A model generated the notes under the pieces. It had not been told where the DNA came from. It was given only the letters and a program-made list of their open reading frames with translations, and did no database searches. A stretch of DNA of 59,822 nucleotides from Mesotaenium endlicherianum (taxonomy: Eukaryota). The stretch lies in contig WELA01002258.1 in assembly GCA_009602735.1 (NCBI GenBank), forward strand, positions 928,244 to 988,065. The letters are read 5' to 3'. Shown in pieces: positions 38,536 through 49,250 of the stretch. The position numbers and the translations under genes are program-made. Within the stretch, counting starts at the first letter, position 1; each line of letters starts with the position of its first letter.

Positions 38536-38925
38536 CCTGTGCATGTAACCAGGGCACAAGTTAGTAGGGTATGGACCTTTGTCATAGGGATTGCAGGAAG
38601 TATGTTAGTATTAGTATAGTGGATTCGATGCTGTTTACCTTACAGGATAATTGCTAAAAGTTGACGTAGTTGCGATGCGCTAAACATAAACGTATGATTG
38701 TGTTGTAGGGTGAGTTAAGTGATGTAGTGTTGTGCGAGGCCCTTTTTCCTTCAGCTCAAGGTGCTTTATGTGGGCCAGGCTGTCCCCTCTGTCACTATGC
38801 TGACACTTAGGATTCACGTAACTGTCCCTTTATCGCTCTCGCTCACTAACTGTCATATATTTTCCCCTCCAACTTAAATGGAGGCAGGACCGCCTGTCAC
38901 CTTCCCGTGTCAACTGAAATGACAG

Positions 38926-41900
38926 TTATGAAGGGGCTCCAGCGGCCCGAAGGTGGAACCGTTTCAACGCCCCTTTGGCATTGGTCAAGTGGTCCTTAAA
39001 CTCCCAAGTGTCCCCAGAGGCATCGTAACCCTTCCATCGAATGAGGTATTTCATGACATATTTAGACGATCGACGGACCGAGCGAGCGTCTAAAATCTCA
39101 TCGACCTCATATTCCTCAGGGTCGCCGTCCCGGACAGCGGGGACCGGTCCCGGTTGGACAGGGAACCGACCTGTGAACAGTGTATCACCTTTGATGTACG
39201 GTTCCAGGAAGGAGACATTAAAGACCGGGTGCCCCTTGTATTCAGCTGACATGTTCAGTTTGTAAGCATTCTGACCGACACGACGGACCACCGAATATGG
39301 ACCGACCCAGACAGGGCCAAGCTTTTTCTTGACCACACCAGGGAGGTACAGGTGCTGAGAATGCAGTTTGACTAAATCCCCCTTGGAAAATGTCAGTTCC
39401 CGACGGTGTTGATTAGCGTATTTTTGTTGGTTTTCTTGGGCCGTGTGCAAGTTTCGTTGGACTTCTGACAGGGTGTCAGCAAACTCCTGAGTTAACTGGA
39501 GGGAGACCGGGTTGTCAATCCCTTCAGGGTGAGTTAAAGATTCCCCTAGCACATCTAGAGGAGACTTAGGGACTCTACCCAGGCTGAGTTCAAAAGGAGT
39601 CTTGCCCGTTGACGCGTGCACCGCACTGTTGACCGCAAACTGAATTTGAGGCAACAGGTCATCCCAATTATCTTGTTTTTGGTTAATATATGCTCTCAGC
39701 ACCTCCTGCAGAACTCGATTAGTTCTTTCAGTCTGCCCATCAGTCTGAGGGTGGTTTGCTGTGCTGAGCAGCTGTTTGACTCCCATTAACCCCATTAAAG
39801 CTCTCCAGAACTTAGAGGTGAATTTTGAGTCTCTGTCTGAGATTATATTAGAAGGTAGCCCATGTTGGCAGACGACATGGTTGCAAAATTGTCTCGCTGT
39901 TTCGAGTGCAGTGACTTTAACAGTTGTGGGGATGAAAATGACCATTTTTGTCAGTTTATCCACGACTACCAGTATCGAATCATGCCATTAGCAGTTCGTG
40001 GCAGTGTGACCACCCCGTCCAAGGATAGAGTTTCCCAGCGTCCAACTGGGATGGGTAGTGGTTGCAAGAGACCTCCGGGTGGTGTGTGCCGAGACTTATT
40101 TTTCTGACACTGGTCACAGGACTTGACATATTTCAAGACCTCCCGGGGTAACCCCTCCCAATGATAATGTTTTGCCAGTTTGCCAACAGTTTTGGCCTGC
40201 CCCAAATGTCCACCCAGGAGACTGTCATGAGCTTGACTCAGTAAGAGAGACCTTATTTCCAAGTTATTAGGAATGACCAGCTTCAGCCTGCCTGAAGTGG
40301 TTTCAGTCACCCAGACCCCTCCCTTGAGCTTATACCCGAGTGCAGTAGCACGACACACACCAGTAGTGGGGCTGGGCTCAAATGTTGGGTCAGAAAGGTA
40401 GGCTTTCCTAAGTTGTTCAAGGAAGGACTTTTTCACCTTTAGTGAAGTGAGTGCACACAGGACTTTATCTACAGCATGCTGACTAAAGTTCCTTTCTTGC
40501 AAGTCAGGTCTTCTAGAGAGTGCATCAGCAGGATTCAACTTCCCTGGTTTGTAGTCGATCTGGACTTGGAACTGCTCCAGCATCTGGCTCCAGCGGTTCT
40601 CCCTCCTCGACAGCTTGGACTTCTTCTGAAAGTGGGTCAGAGCTAGATGATCTGTAATCACCTTAAAAGCTTTACCATGTAAGTATGCTCTCCACTGTTT
40701 GAGTACATGAATGATAGCTAGCAGCTCTTTATCATGCACTGAGTAATTAATCTCCGCTGGATTAAATTTCATAGACTCATACAACACAGGATGCCACTCC
40801 TGCCGTACCTTACCATCCTTTGTGGTTTTGTCAGCAGGCTGCAACAAAATAGCACCCATGGCAAAATCAGAGGCATCAGTAACCACCTGCACCGGTTTGC
40901 TGGGGTCATACACGGCTAGCACTGGGGCAGAACAAAGGGCATCTTTAAGGGTCTGGAAGGCAGCCTGCTGCTCTTCCCCCCACACATACCCGATGTCTTT
41001 CTTAGTAAGGTCAGTCAGTTTACTGGCCTTTGTGGAATAATTCTCAATAAATCTCCTATAGTAGTTAGCCAACCCGAGGAAGGATCTAACTTCAGAGACA
41101 GACTGTGGTACTGGCCAGTCCCTTATGGTCTGGACTTTCTTAGGATCCACACTGATGCCCTCTTTACTGACAACGTGGCCTAAGAATTCAATACTTTCCT
41201 TAAAGAAATCACACTTGCTCATTTTAGCATACAAGTGATTTTTCCGCAGAGTGTCCAGCACTTTCTTTAAGTGTTCAGTGTGCTGAGCTTCATCTTTAGA
41301 GAAAATTAAAATATCATCCAGGAAAACTTGCACAAACTTATCCAAATAAGGTCTGAAAATGTCATTCATAGCACCCATAAAGGTAGCAGGAGCATTAGTC
41401 AGTCCAAATGGCATCACGTTGAACTCATAGTGTCCATAACGTGTGCGGAAAGCAGTCTTGTGTTCATCCCCCTCAGCAATTCTGATTTGATGATAACCAC
41501 TCTTGAGATCTATCTTACTGAACACCTTAGCGCCAGACAGGGTATCAAGCAAGTCCTCGATCCTGGGTAAAGCATACTTGTTCTTTACTGTAATTCTGTT
41601 CAGGGCTCTGTAATCCACACACATCCGCATACTGCCATCCTTTTTCTTAACAAATAGGATAGGTGCGCCGTACGGTGATTTACTGGGAGAAATGTAACCA
41701 TTTTCCTCCAGCTCTGCAATCTGTGTTTTCAACTCCTCGCTCTCCAAATAAGACAAGCCATAAGTGCGTTGCCAGGGTGGCTGGCTACCAGGTAATAGAT
41801 CAATCCTATGATCTACTTCCCTTTTAGGGGGTAGTCCTGGAGGCATGTTAAACACATCAGTGTACTGAGCAACAATTTTTGCAGCAGTAGGGTGCTCCGG

Positions 41901-42734
41901 AGGGCTTACCTTTTTCTCAACCACTTCTTCAGGTTGAGGAGGTACCTCTCTTAGCAGCAGACAGAACATTCTGTCTTCCTTCTGGTTCCAGCTTTTGACG
42001 AACTCCATTGCATTCAGCAACTTGCATCCTTCTGGAAGCCTCTTCTTTTCCTTCATTTGCCATCCACACAGGACAAGAGGAAGAGCACTGGTGGGTGCCA
42101 AGTCAGTCTGCCCATCACTGGCTCCTCTCACTTTAACTGTACCTCTGCTCCAACACACTTCAGCTTGATGTCTATTAAGCCAGGACCTGCCTAGCACGAG
42201 ATCATAAAAGCCAGTGTTGAGTACCTCAAATGTAAGCGTTTCAGTTAGAACTGCAATGCCAGAACCTAACTGGACCTCAATAGGCTTGGTTATAACTCCT
42301 CCCGGGATACTTGAGGCATCTCCAAGGAATATTTTTCTATTCCCTTGGGTGACAGTAGGCAGCCTTAGCCGCTTAACTAAGTCCTTGTGGATAAAAGTAT
42401 GTGACGCCCCTCCGTCAACAAATGCCCTCACCTTCCTACCTGCAATCATGCAATGCAGTAGGATAGGGGGGACTGTCTTTTCCTGACTTTCGCATTGTTC
42501 TCCTGACGTAGCAAAGAAATGTTGGACATCAGGTGGAACAAGAGCATCCAGAGTGTGCACTCTCTGGACGTCTATATTACTGATGGTCTCCTTTATCTGT
42601 TTGTCAGGCATGCATAGTGAATCCAGTTCAGCAGGACCCATAATACCTGCTACGAGGGCAGCTAGTGACGACTCACTATCTCTAGCATCCTCACAGTCAG
42701 TAGACTGGATTACTGACTGTTGCTGTCTTTTAAA
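38926..42734 (-). CDS. pol: pol of LTR element 3 (PR-RT-RH-IN-chromodomain); -1 frame relative to gag; one 1-nt deletion at ~39985
   Basis: [75 protein letters not shown]...YLIRWKGY...TWE. ORFs 42641-39966 and 39963-38926 join if one base is restored (AAT GGC [C]AT GAT gives [11 protein letters not shown]). Confidence 0.93.
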
Positions 42735-44188
42735 GGCTGGTCTTTTCTCTCGACCTTAGGCAGGTGCTTGACCGGACACTGTTCTCTGTAGTGGCCTTTC
42801 TGCTGACAATGGTAGCAAGTAGATTTTGCTGAGGCTGGTCTCGGCTTAGTCCTACCACCACCCCTTCCATAGCCACCTCGAGAGGGACCACCTCTACCTC
42901 TAGACTGAATAGCATTGTACTCATACTCATATTCATCACCCTGATTATCCTCAGCCTGGTCTCCTTCAACTGCATTGTAGGAACCGTGGGGCTTTTTGAC
43001 AATCTTAGACACCAAAGCGTTACTCTGGCGCTTGTGATTGAACTGCTGCTGATCCCAGGCGTCAGCATCCTGGATCAAGTCAGCCAGTTTCTCATACTTT
43101 TTCTCAGCAAAATGACCAGAGACCTCGGATTTCAAGCCATACCTGAAGTATGCTATCCTATACCGTTCTGGCAAATCAGGCTGCTTCATCATGTTCTCTT
43201 GGAACTTTTGAGCAAACTCAGCAACTGAAGTGGTCTGCTTCAGTGTCAGGGAGATCATCGCATAGATAGCTTTCTCCTGCTGGTTGATGACATCAAACTT
43301 CTCATGCAACTTCTCGACAAACTCTACCCACGTAGGGTCACCGAGTTGCCGAGCCTTACGCTCTTCCTTCCAGTAAAGCCACCAGTCTGCGGCACTACCT
43401 TTCAGTAGCGCACCGGTGTGCCTGACCTTCTCGTAATCTTGCAGTTCTGGGTAGTTCTCCAGCCACTGCTCAACATCCGCGAGAAACTTGATCAGGTAAT
43501 ATTTTCTGTTTCCCTCAGGATCATAGTCCAGGGGAGGTTTCGGCTTGGGCTTATTAGGCCCTCGGCCACCACCACTAGTGGTGTGAGACCCCGGTTGGTC
43601 TCTGTCCCGCAGTAGGGACATTATGATTCTTTTATCCTCCTGCTGGGACTGATACATGGTCGCCATTTGTGACTGCATCTGAACGAACAATGCTCCCAAG
43701 TCTACACTTTGGGGTGGTAGATTAGCAAATGCAGCCGCAGCATTGACCCCTACTCGCTGAGTAGTGTCCTCAACAGTCCCTCTCGCCCCTGCAGTAGCAA
43801 TTCCTGCCGTATTCAGCCGGTCACGTATTTGACCTAGGGGTACATTGAGTTGTACAGCAGGAGGTGGGTTCAGAACATTGGCCCTTGATGCCATGAGTTC
43901 CTCGACAGTGCGCTCGTCAGCTGGCTGTCTTTCCCTCCTTTCTGTATCTTCAGCGGCCTTTGCTTCTTGTTCAGCTTCTAGCCTGGCTCTCTCCTCCTTA
44001 ACTTGCTGAGCTGCGACTGCGGCAATAGCAGCTGCCTCATTTGCAGCCTCCGTAGCTGCAGTATCTGCTACTGCTTCAGAATAGGTACGGGTTCCCGCTA
44101 CATGGCTTTCCGCCTGGTTTTTGACATTCTCGTTATCCTGGTTCTCCATGTCTCGGGAGTTGCTAGTTTGAGACCTTGTCCTTACCAT
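42710..44188 (-). CDS. gag: gag of LTR element 3, 492 aa, intact
   Basis: ATG lies 22 nt after the PBS. Motifs [31 protein letters not shown], an RGG-rich segment and the CCHC knuckle [14 protein letters not shown]. Confidence 0.95.
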   Translation of the reverse strand: MVRTRSQTSNSRDMENQDNENVKNQAESHVAGTRTYSEAVADTAATEAANEAAAIAAVAAQQVKEERARLEAEQEAKAAEDTERRERQPADERTVEELMASRANVLNPPPAVQLNVPLGQIRDRLNTAGIATAGARGTVEDTTQRVGVNAAAAFANLPPQSVDLGALFVQMQSQMATMYQSQQEDKRIIMSLLRDRDQPGSHTTSGGGRGPNKPKPKPPLDYDPEGNRKYYLIKFLADVEQWLENYPELQDYEKVRHTGALLKGSAADWWLYWKEERKARQLGDPTWVEFVEKLHEKFDVINQQEKAIYAMISLTLKQTTSVAEFAQKFQENMMKQPDLPERYRIAYFRYGLKSEVSGHFAEKKYEKLADLIQDADAWDQQQFNHKRQSNALVSKIVKKPHGSYNAVEGDQAEDNQGDEYEYEYNAIQSRGRGGPSRGGYGRGGGRTKPRPASAKSTCYHCQQKGHYREQCPVKHLPKVERKDQPLKDSNSQ

Positions 44189-46259
44189 ACAAAGAAGACT
44201 GTGATAACTGCTCCGATACCACTGAAATGAATCGACTTACCAAATAAGCGATTAACAATTAATAAAGATCTTTATATCAACAAGTAATCTTTATGGCGAT
44301 TTCCGTTAGCTGGTTAAACGGCAAAGGACAATACACTAGCAGTGAATAATACTCGTAAGTCAAATGCGAGTAAACTAGCATCAATAATGCAAATTAGTAA
44401 TCTCATACATAAGCAAGGTTAGAAGACAGTGCGTATCAATGGCTTCTCGCCTTGGATTCAGATCTCTCTCAGTAAGCTGTACAGGAGAGTTGGCCTCGTT
44501 TCCGAATGCCGAACTCGAGAGCAATGCCTAGCATATGTACATGGAATGAGTTTACTGTTCAACGGTCAGTGCGATGGCACCGCCTACCCGGGAGTTAACC
44601 ACGTTGATAGGACCTCGGTTAACCAAATCCACCGCCATCTCCCATCATCCCGAATAGCCATCCATCATAGGGATGTCATCAAGCCATTCATCTAGCATAT
44701 CGTACTTAGGTGTAAGTCAAGGCAGTTGGCTGCTACCGAGTACGGAAGTCAGCTGGCTGTCAAAGAATGGGTCAGCAAGCTGACTTATATGGACTTCAGC
44801 CTGCTGCTTCCGGCTGAGTCATTGAACTGATAATTATGTAAAGTCCAGCAGACTGACTATTAACTAAAGTTCAGCAGGCTGAACTTAATTAACTATTATA
44901 TTTAAATGAATATTATATCCACTAATATACTGATTCATTACAACCTCAAAACTAACTAACTTTGGAAATCTATAACTCTCTCAATACTTAACCAAATTTG
45001 ATGAAGTTTATATCAAAATGACCACAAATATGCACTCTACACTTCTATACAATCAAAACATACTTCCATGAAACTCAAAAATGCACTATAAACCTATGAC
45101 CTTACATCTTCTCTCTCTCTCTTCTCTTTCTCACTCTCTCTGTCTCTATGTAAATTATTGAAAATATTTGATATTGATGTTAATATGTTGTTATGCTCTT
45201 GTGTAGGCTACTACCTGGATCCAAAGTTTCAAGATCATGAGTCTTGGGCCAGCGATAGTTCTCTCTTGAGGGACCATTTGCTAGTGTGCCAGAAGCTTGT
45301 TGGAAAGGGGACTTTGATAAGAGCTCAAGTTGACAAGGAGCTGAGCCTCTATCGCAAAAAGGGGGATACATTTGGTGATAGTGTAGTATTGGAAAATAAG
45401 AGTAGTATGCCTGCACATGTTTGGTGGGAAATGTATGGGAGTGTTTGTCCAAATCTCCAGGCTCTTGCAATGAAAGTCTTGTTCCAACCAGCATCAGCTT
45501 CTGCTTGTGAGCGAAATTGGTCGGAATATGGGTTTGTTCACAGCCCGATTCGCAATAGGTTGCTTCCAAGTAGGGCAAAGAAACTTGTATATGTAATGTG
45601 CACTCTATGTTGAGGTTGCAAGAGAAAAGTGTCAAAAGTCTAGGTGTAGCAAGTGTAGAAAAACTACCAGGGGTTGTTGAAGCGGAGCTTGAAGTATCTC
45701 AAGAGGGTGTGAAAGAGGAACTCACAGACAATGCAGAGAATATTGTCTTTGAGCAAGAGAGTGAGGATGAGGAAGAGGAAGAGGAGTTAGAGGAAGAAGA
45801 TGAGGTAGAGGAAGAGGAGAGCCTTGGAGACGCAAGGACAAGAGCTAGAAGATGTTGATGTTGTGCAATCACTTTCTCGTTTGTTTGTAGGTATGTGACT
45901 CGTGAGCATTGATATTACACGTGCAATCTCTACTTTATGTTTACTTTTAATCGTCTCCAAAATGCAATCTTGGGTATGGGTATGAATCGCGAACGAGCAA
46001 CTTTGATGTGAAAATGATAGAAAAGAACATTATACAATAATTTATATTACATGTCTTAGCAAAAGAAATGTGATTGTGAGGTTAATATTTATAAATCCTA
46101 TATGGGGCGTAGAACTTTGATGAAATTTGTCTCTATACAAATAAATACTCTATTTTTCAATTCTTAATAGTAGCAATTTGCAAAAATGCTTGGAAAAAAG
46201 AGAATTGAAAGGAAATTGAAAAACAAACTAAGCAAACAATGCACTCAAAACAGTAAGAA

Positions 46260-46571
46260 TGACAGCGAACAAGCAAACTCGAGAACTTGACGTGCATGCA
46301 AAGAAGATAACCTTGAAAAGTAGTAACAAAATATTTTTGGACTCATAAATAATTACCAAAATAGTTTTTTTGCACGGCACGTGTCAAAAAGTACGAACAC
46401 GTATGACATGTACGATATTACATCGACACTTAAAGTCCATGATTTTCTTCTTATCAAAAATAATATTTAAATAAAAGAACATGAACTAGGCGAACAAGGC
46501 ACAAAAAGAAGCACGAACTATAGCGAACAAGCGAACTGCAAAATTACGTGCATGCGAACGGCGTAACCCTA
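46260..46571 (+). mobile_element. Right terminus of the hAT element (TIR ...GGCGTAACCCTA with GCGAAC subterminal repeats)
   Basis: TAACCCTA is the reverse complement of TAGGGTTA, a hAT-type terminus. GCGAAC(A) motifs repeat over 46265-46560, and the sequence switches abruptly to gypsy gag at 46572. No matching left TIR was found. Confidence 0.65.
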
Positions 46572-47634
46572 GTTTCAGAGACTGGCATTTTCTACCATCA
46601 TCTCTTCAACCGTTCATTGCCAGCAAGACGCCTCTTTTCAGCATCTGCCTCCTCCCCTACCTTAGCTAAATATTTGGCGTCTGTTCTAATGAGATCTTCT
46701 TTAGCTTGCTGAGCTGCTACTGCAACAAGAGCGGCCGCCGTTTCCTCGGCTTCTCTAGCCTCTTTAGCTGCAAGGACTTCAGCATAAGTGCGACATTCTA
46801 CATTTTTATTCTCACCTAGAATCTCCCTATTCTCATTATGCTCCCCTCCCTATCTCGAGAGTTGTTAGTTTGAGACCGCGTTCTTCGTTACAAAGAAAGC
46901 TGTGACACCAGCTCCGATATCACTGAAATGAATCAACTTACCAATAGACAATTAAACAATAGATAAAAGATATTTTCATCAACAAGTAATCTTATGGGGT
47001 TTTCTCATTACCTAGTTATCAACAAAAGACTTCATAACTAGCCTTCCAAATACTCATAACTCAAATATGCAAGTAAACGAGCATAAATCATGCAATGAAT
47101 AAACTCATATCTAAGCGAGGTTAGAAGACAATTTGTATAGATGGCTTCTCGGCTTGGATTCAGTCCTCTCAGTTAGCAAGAGATTTGGCTTGTTTTCTAA
47201 TGCCAAACTCAAGAGCATGTCTAATCCGTGTACATGGAATGAGTATACTATTCAACGGCAAGTGCGATGGCACCGCCTACCCGGGAGTTAACCACGTTGG
47301 TAGGATCTTGGCTGATCAAATCCACAACCATCTCCCTTCATCCCAAATTTCCATCAACCCAAGGGTGTCCTCTGGCCTTTCATCTACCATATCACACTTA
47401 GATGTATATCTAGGCAGTTCACTGCTACCGAGTACGGCAGTCAGCTGACTGTCAAAGAATGTGTCAGCAAGTTGACCTAAGTTGACTTCAGCCTGCTGCC
47501 ATTCGCTGAGTCAATAAACCAAATATTACTAAATGTTTAGCAAACTTAATATCAACCAAATTTTAGTTGACTAAACTTAATTAAGTATTATAATTTAATG
47601 AATATTATATCCAACAACATATTGAATCAATACA
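46572..47634 (-). mobile_element. Truncated older relative of element 3 (5' LTR, PBS, start of gag)
   Basis: LTR 46924-47634 is homologous to 44223-44942 but clearly diverged. PBS TGATATCGGAGC at 46922-46911. Degenerate gag start (RTRSQTNNSR...RTYAEV...AAVAAQQAKE-like) is cut at the hAT right end. Confidence 0.88.
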
Positions 47635-48869
47635 AGCTCACGGCGAACTCCATCGATGGAGAACACCACCCCCACACTTTCTGTGCATAGAGATTCTCTG
47701 TACATAGAGCATCGCTGATGGTCTCCTCAATATCTAAAAAATATCTCCTTCAGGATCACTCAGGACATCCTCAACAACAATATCCTTAGAGACAATAGCA
47801 TCATCATCATTTTCAAAGAGGACTCTCAAGGCACGAAGTAATTTCGGCTTTAAAGTTTCTATCAACCAACTTCTTGTCTAAGTCACATTCTCGGCTTTCA
47901 GAGGGAGAACAAGAGACTTCATGCCAAAATGAACATGAAATCAGGGGCCAGACATTGCATACGACTTTAGAATGCTACAAAGTTGTACTTCCAAAAAAAG
48001 AGACAAAACTATAACCCAGAGCTAGGAGCTGGTATTAGCTGCTAACGTATGCTAAATGTCCATTAACTTTGACGACCATATGCACAAACAGAGGCGAGAA
48101 GGAGAATCATAGTAGAAAGCATAAGAAGAATAACGAAATTGGGCGTAAAGAGAGAAGGGGCCTAGGAAGTGCTAGGAAATTGCTAAGAAGAAATAAGAGA
48201 CAAGCACAACCAAGCGAGACAAAGAGAGACCGGGAAAGACACAGGAAGAAAGGACAACGAAGGCACGCACAAAAACGCATGCAAAAGCAAACGCACGCAA
48301 CAGGATGCGACATTGCGCAACGTGGCGCGGCGCAATAGCACGCAAACATGCAGTGAGTTGCACTCAGTGGCACCCGTGTGCACCCGTGGCACCTGACTGC
48401 ACCTGACTGCACCTGACTGCACTTGACTATACTTGACTAGCACTAACGGAAACATGCGGACATGGGTGGTCAACGACTTCAGCGAACACGTGCGAATATA
48501 GCATAATGGCCATACACATGCAAAAATTGACGCAAATCGACGATGAAGGACAAGAGGGTCAAAGCGGGACTAAGCGAAACAAAGCAAGCAAAGGGTTTGA
48601 GGACGGCAATTTAGGGCACATCTGGGCTTGATACAAAGTGCTGCAAGAGAGAAGGGACAAGTGGAAATGTACTAGCCCTCCCAGGACCTGCTGCAGCAAT
48701 TGCAGCAGCACCCACTTCCGCTCTTGCTTGTGCTTGTGCCGCTGCCCTAGCAGTTCTCTAGCTCTTGCTGCTTCACTAGCTCATTGTGGTCTTGCTCACC
48801 CGAGTTTGTGTACTCCCTTTTGCATACCCATACCAATGGTGGTGCATTAAAGAGTCTGGCCAGTCCTCA

Positions 48870-49250
48870 TCAATATTCCATCTCTCAGTCCTCTCTTATG
48901 CTAAGAGCTCCTAGTATGAGACATGACCACTAGGAACATGGAGCTCATACTCAAATATAGTCTGGAGGCCTTTCTCCATCCTTTTAAATCTGAATCTTCT
49001 ATGCTTCCCCGTTCCTTCCTTTAGGATTCTTGTTATCTCCTTCCACTTTTGCTTGTTGGTCATAAATTTCTTGTTCACCTCCTTGTTGTCCTTCTGAGCT
49101 TGCAAGAACGTGTAGACCACCTCCACAAGTTTCTCCTTGTCATGCACGCTTTGTCCAGGGCGATGATCTACCCATTGGCGAAGGAACAGCCGGGGGGCAT
49201 TGAGGTTGCTTGCTCAGAATAGGCTGGAAAATCATTCCCGCTAGTGCAAC
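48870..49250 (-). pseudogene. Degenerate Myb/SANT (trihelix GT-like) domain, probably the DNA-binding ORF of a PIF/Harbinger transposon
   Basis: SPWTKR...LVEVV...KFMTNKQKWKEITRIL...RFKRMEKGLQTIFEYELHVPSGHVSY*EL...ER resembles the trihelix pattern W...KW..I...YE..PSG..SYW.L...ER. It has a frameshift and stops, and lies within TE-derived DNA. Confidence 0.55.

Larger units (their letters stand above)
36026..44942 (-). mobile_element. Ty3/gypsy chromovirus LTR retrotransposon 3 (young, near-intact, with an extra ORF)
   Basis: 720-bp LTRs at 36026-36745 and 44223-44942 (~13 differences by hand count). TSD ACCTC (36021-36025, 44943-44947). PBS TGGTATCGGAGC at 44221-44210. PPT 36746-36760. Confidence 0.98.
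29461..45106 (-). mobile_element. Ty3/gypsy LTR retrotransposon 2 (degenerate), inserted in the hAT intron
   Basis: 3' LTR 29461-30203. 5' LTR 35445-36025 plus 44948-45106, split by element 3. TSD TCTTC (29456-29460, 45107-45111). Degenerate PBS 35431-35442. PPT 30204-30218. Confidence 0.95.
27787..45858 (+). pseudogene. hAT-superfamily transposase (BED finger, DUF659-type core, hAT dimerisation domain), split by an intron that hosts nested retrotransposons
   Basis: Exon 27787-29326: W..V...CKFSDHVFWGSVTKIRNHLEG (BED), GCTLVLDG*TD, VGPKNAVQVCTNSAA, TPCAAHCLDLLL, KPAPTRFASNF, HSPLHST-G. Donor GTAGAT at 29327, acceptor TGTAG at 45206. Exon 45207-45858: GYYLDP, WWEMYG, PASASACERNWS...RNRL, acidic tail. 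Multiple stops and frameshifts. Confidence 0.92.
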
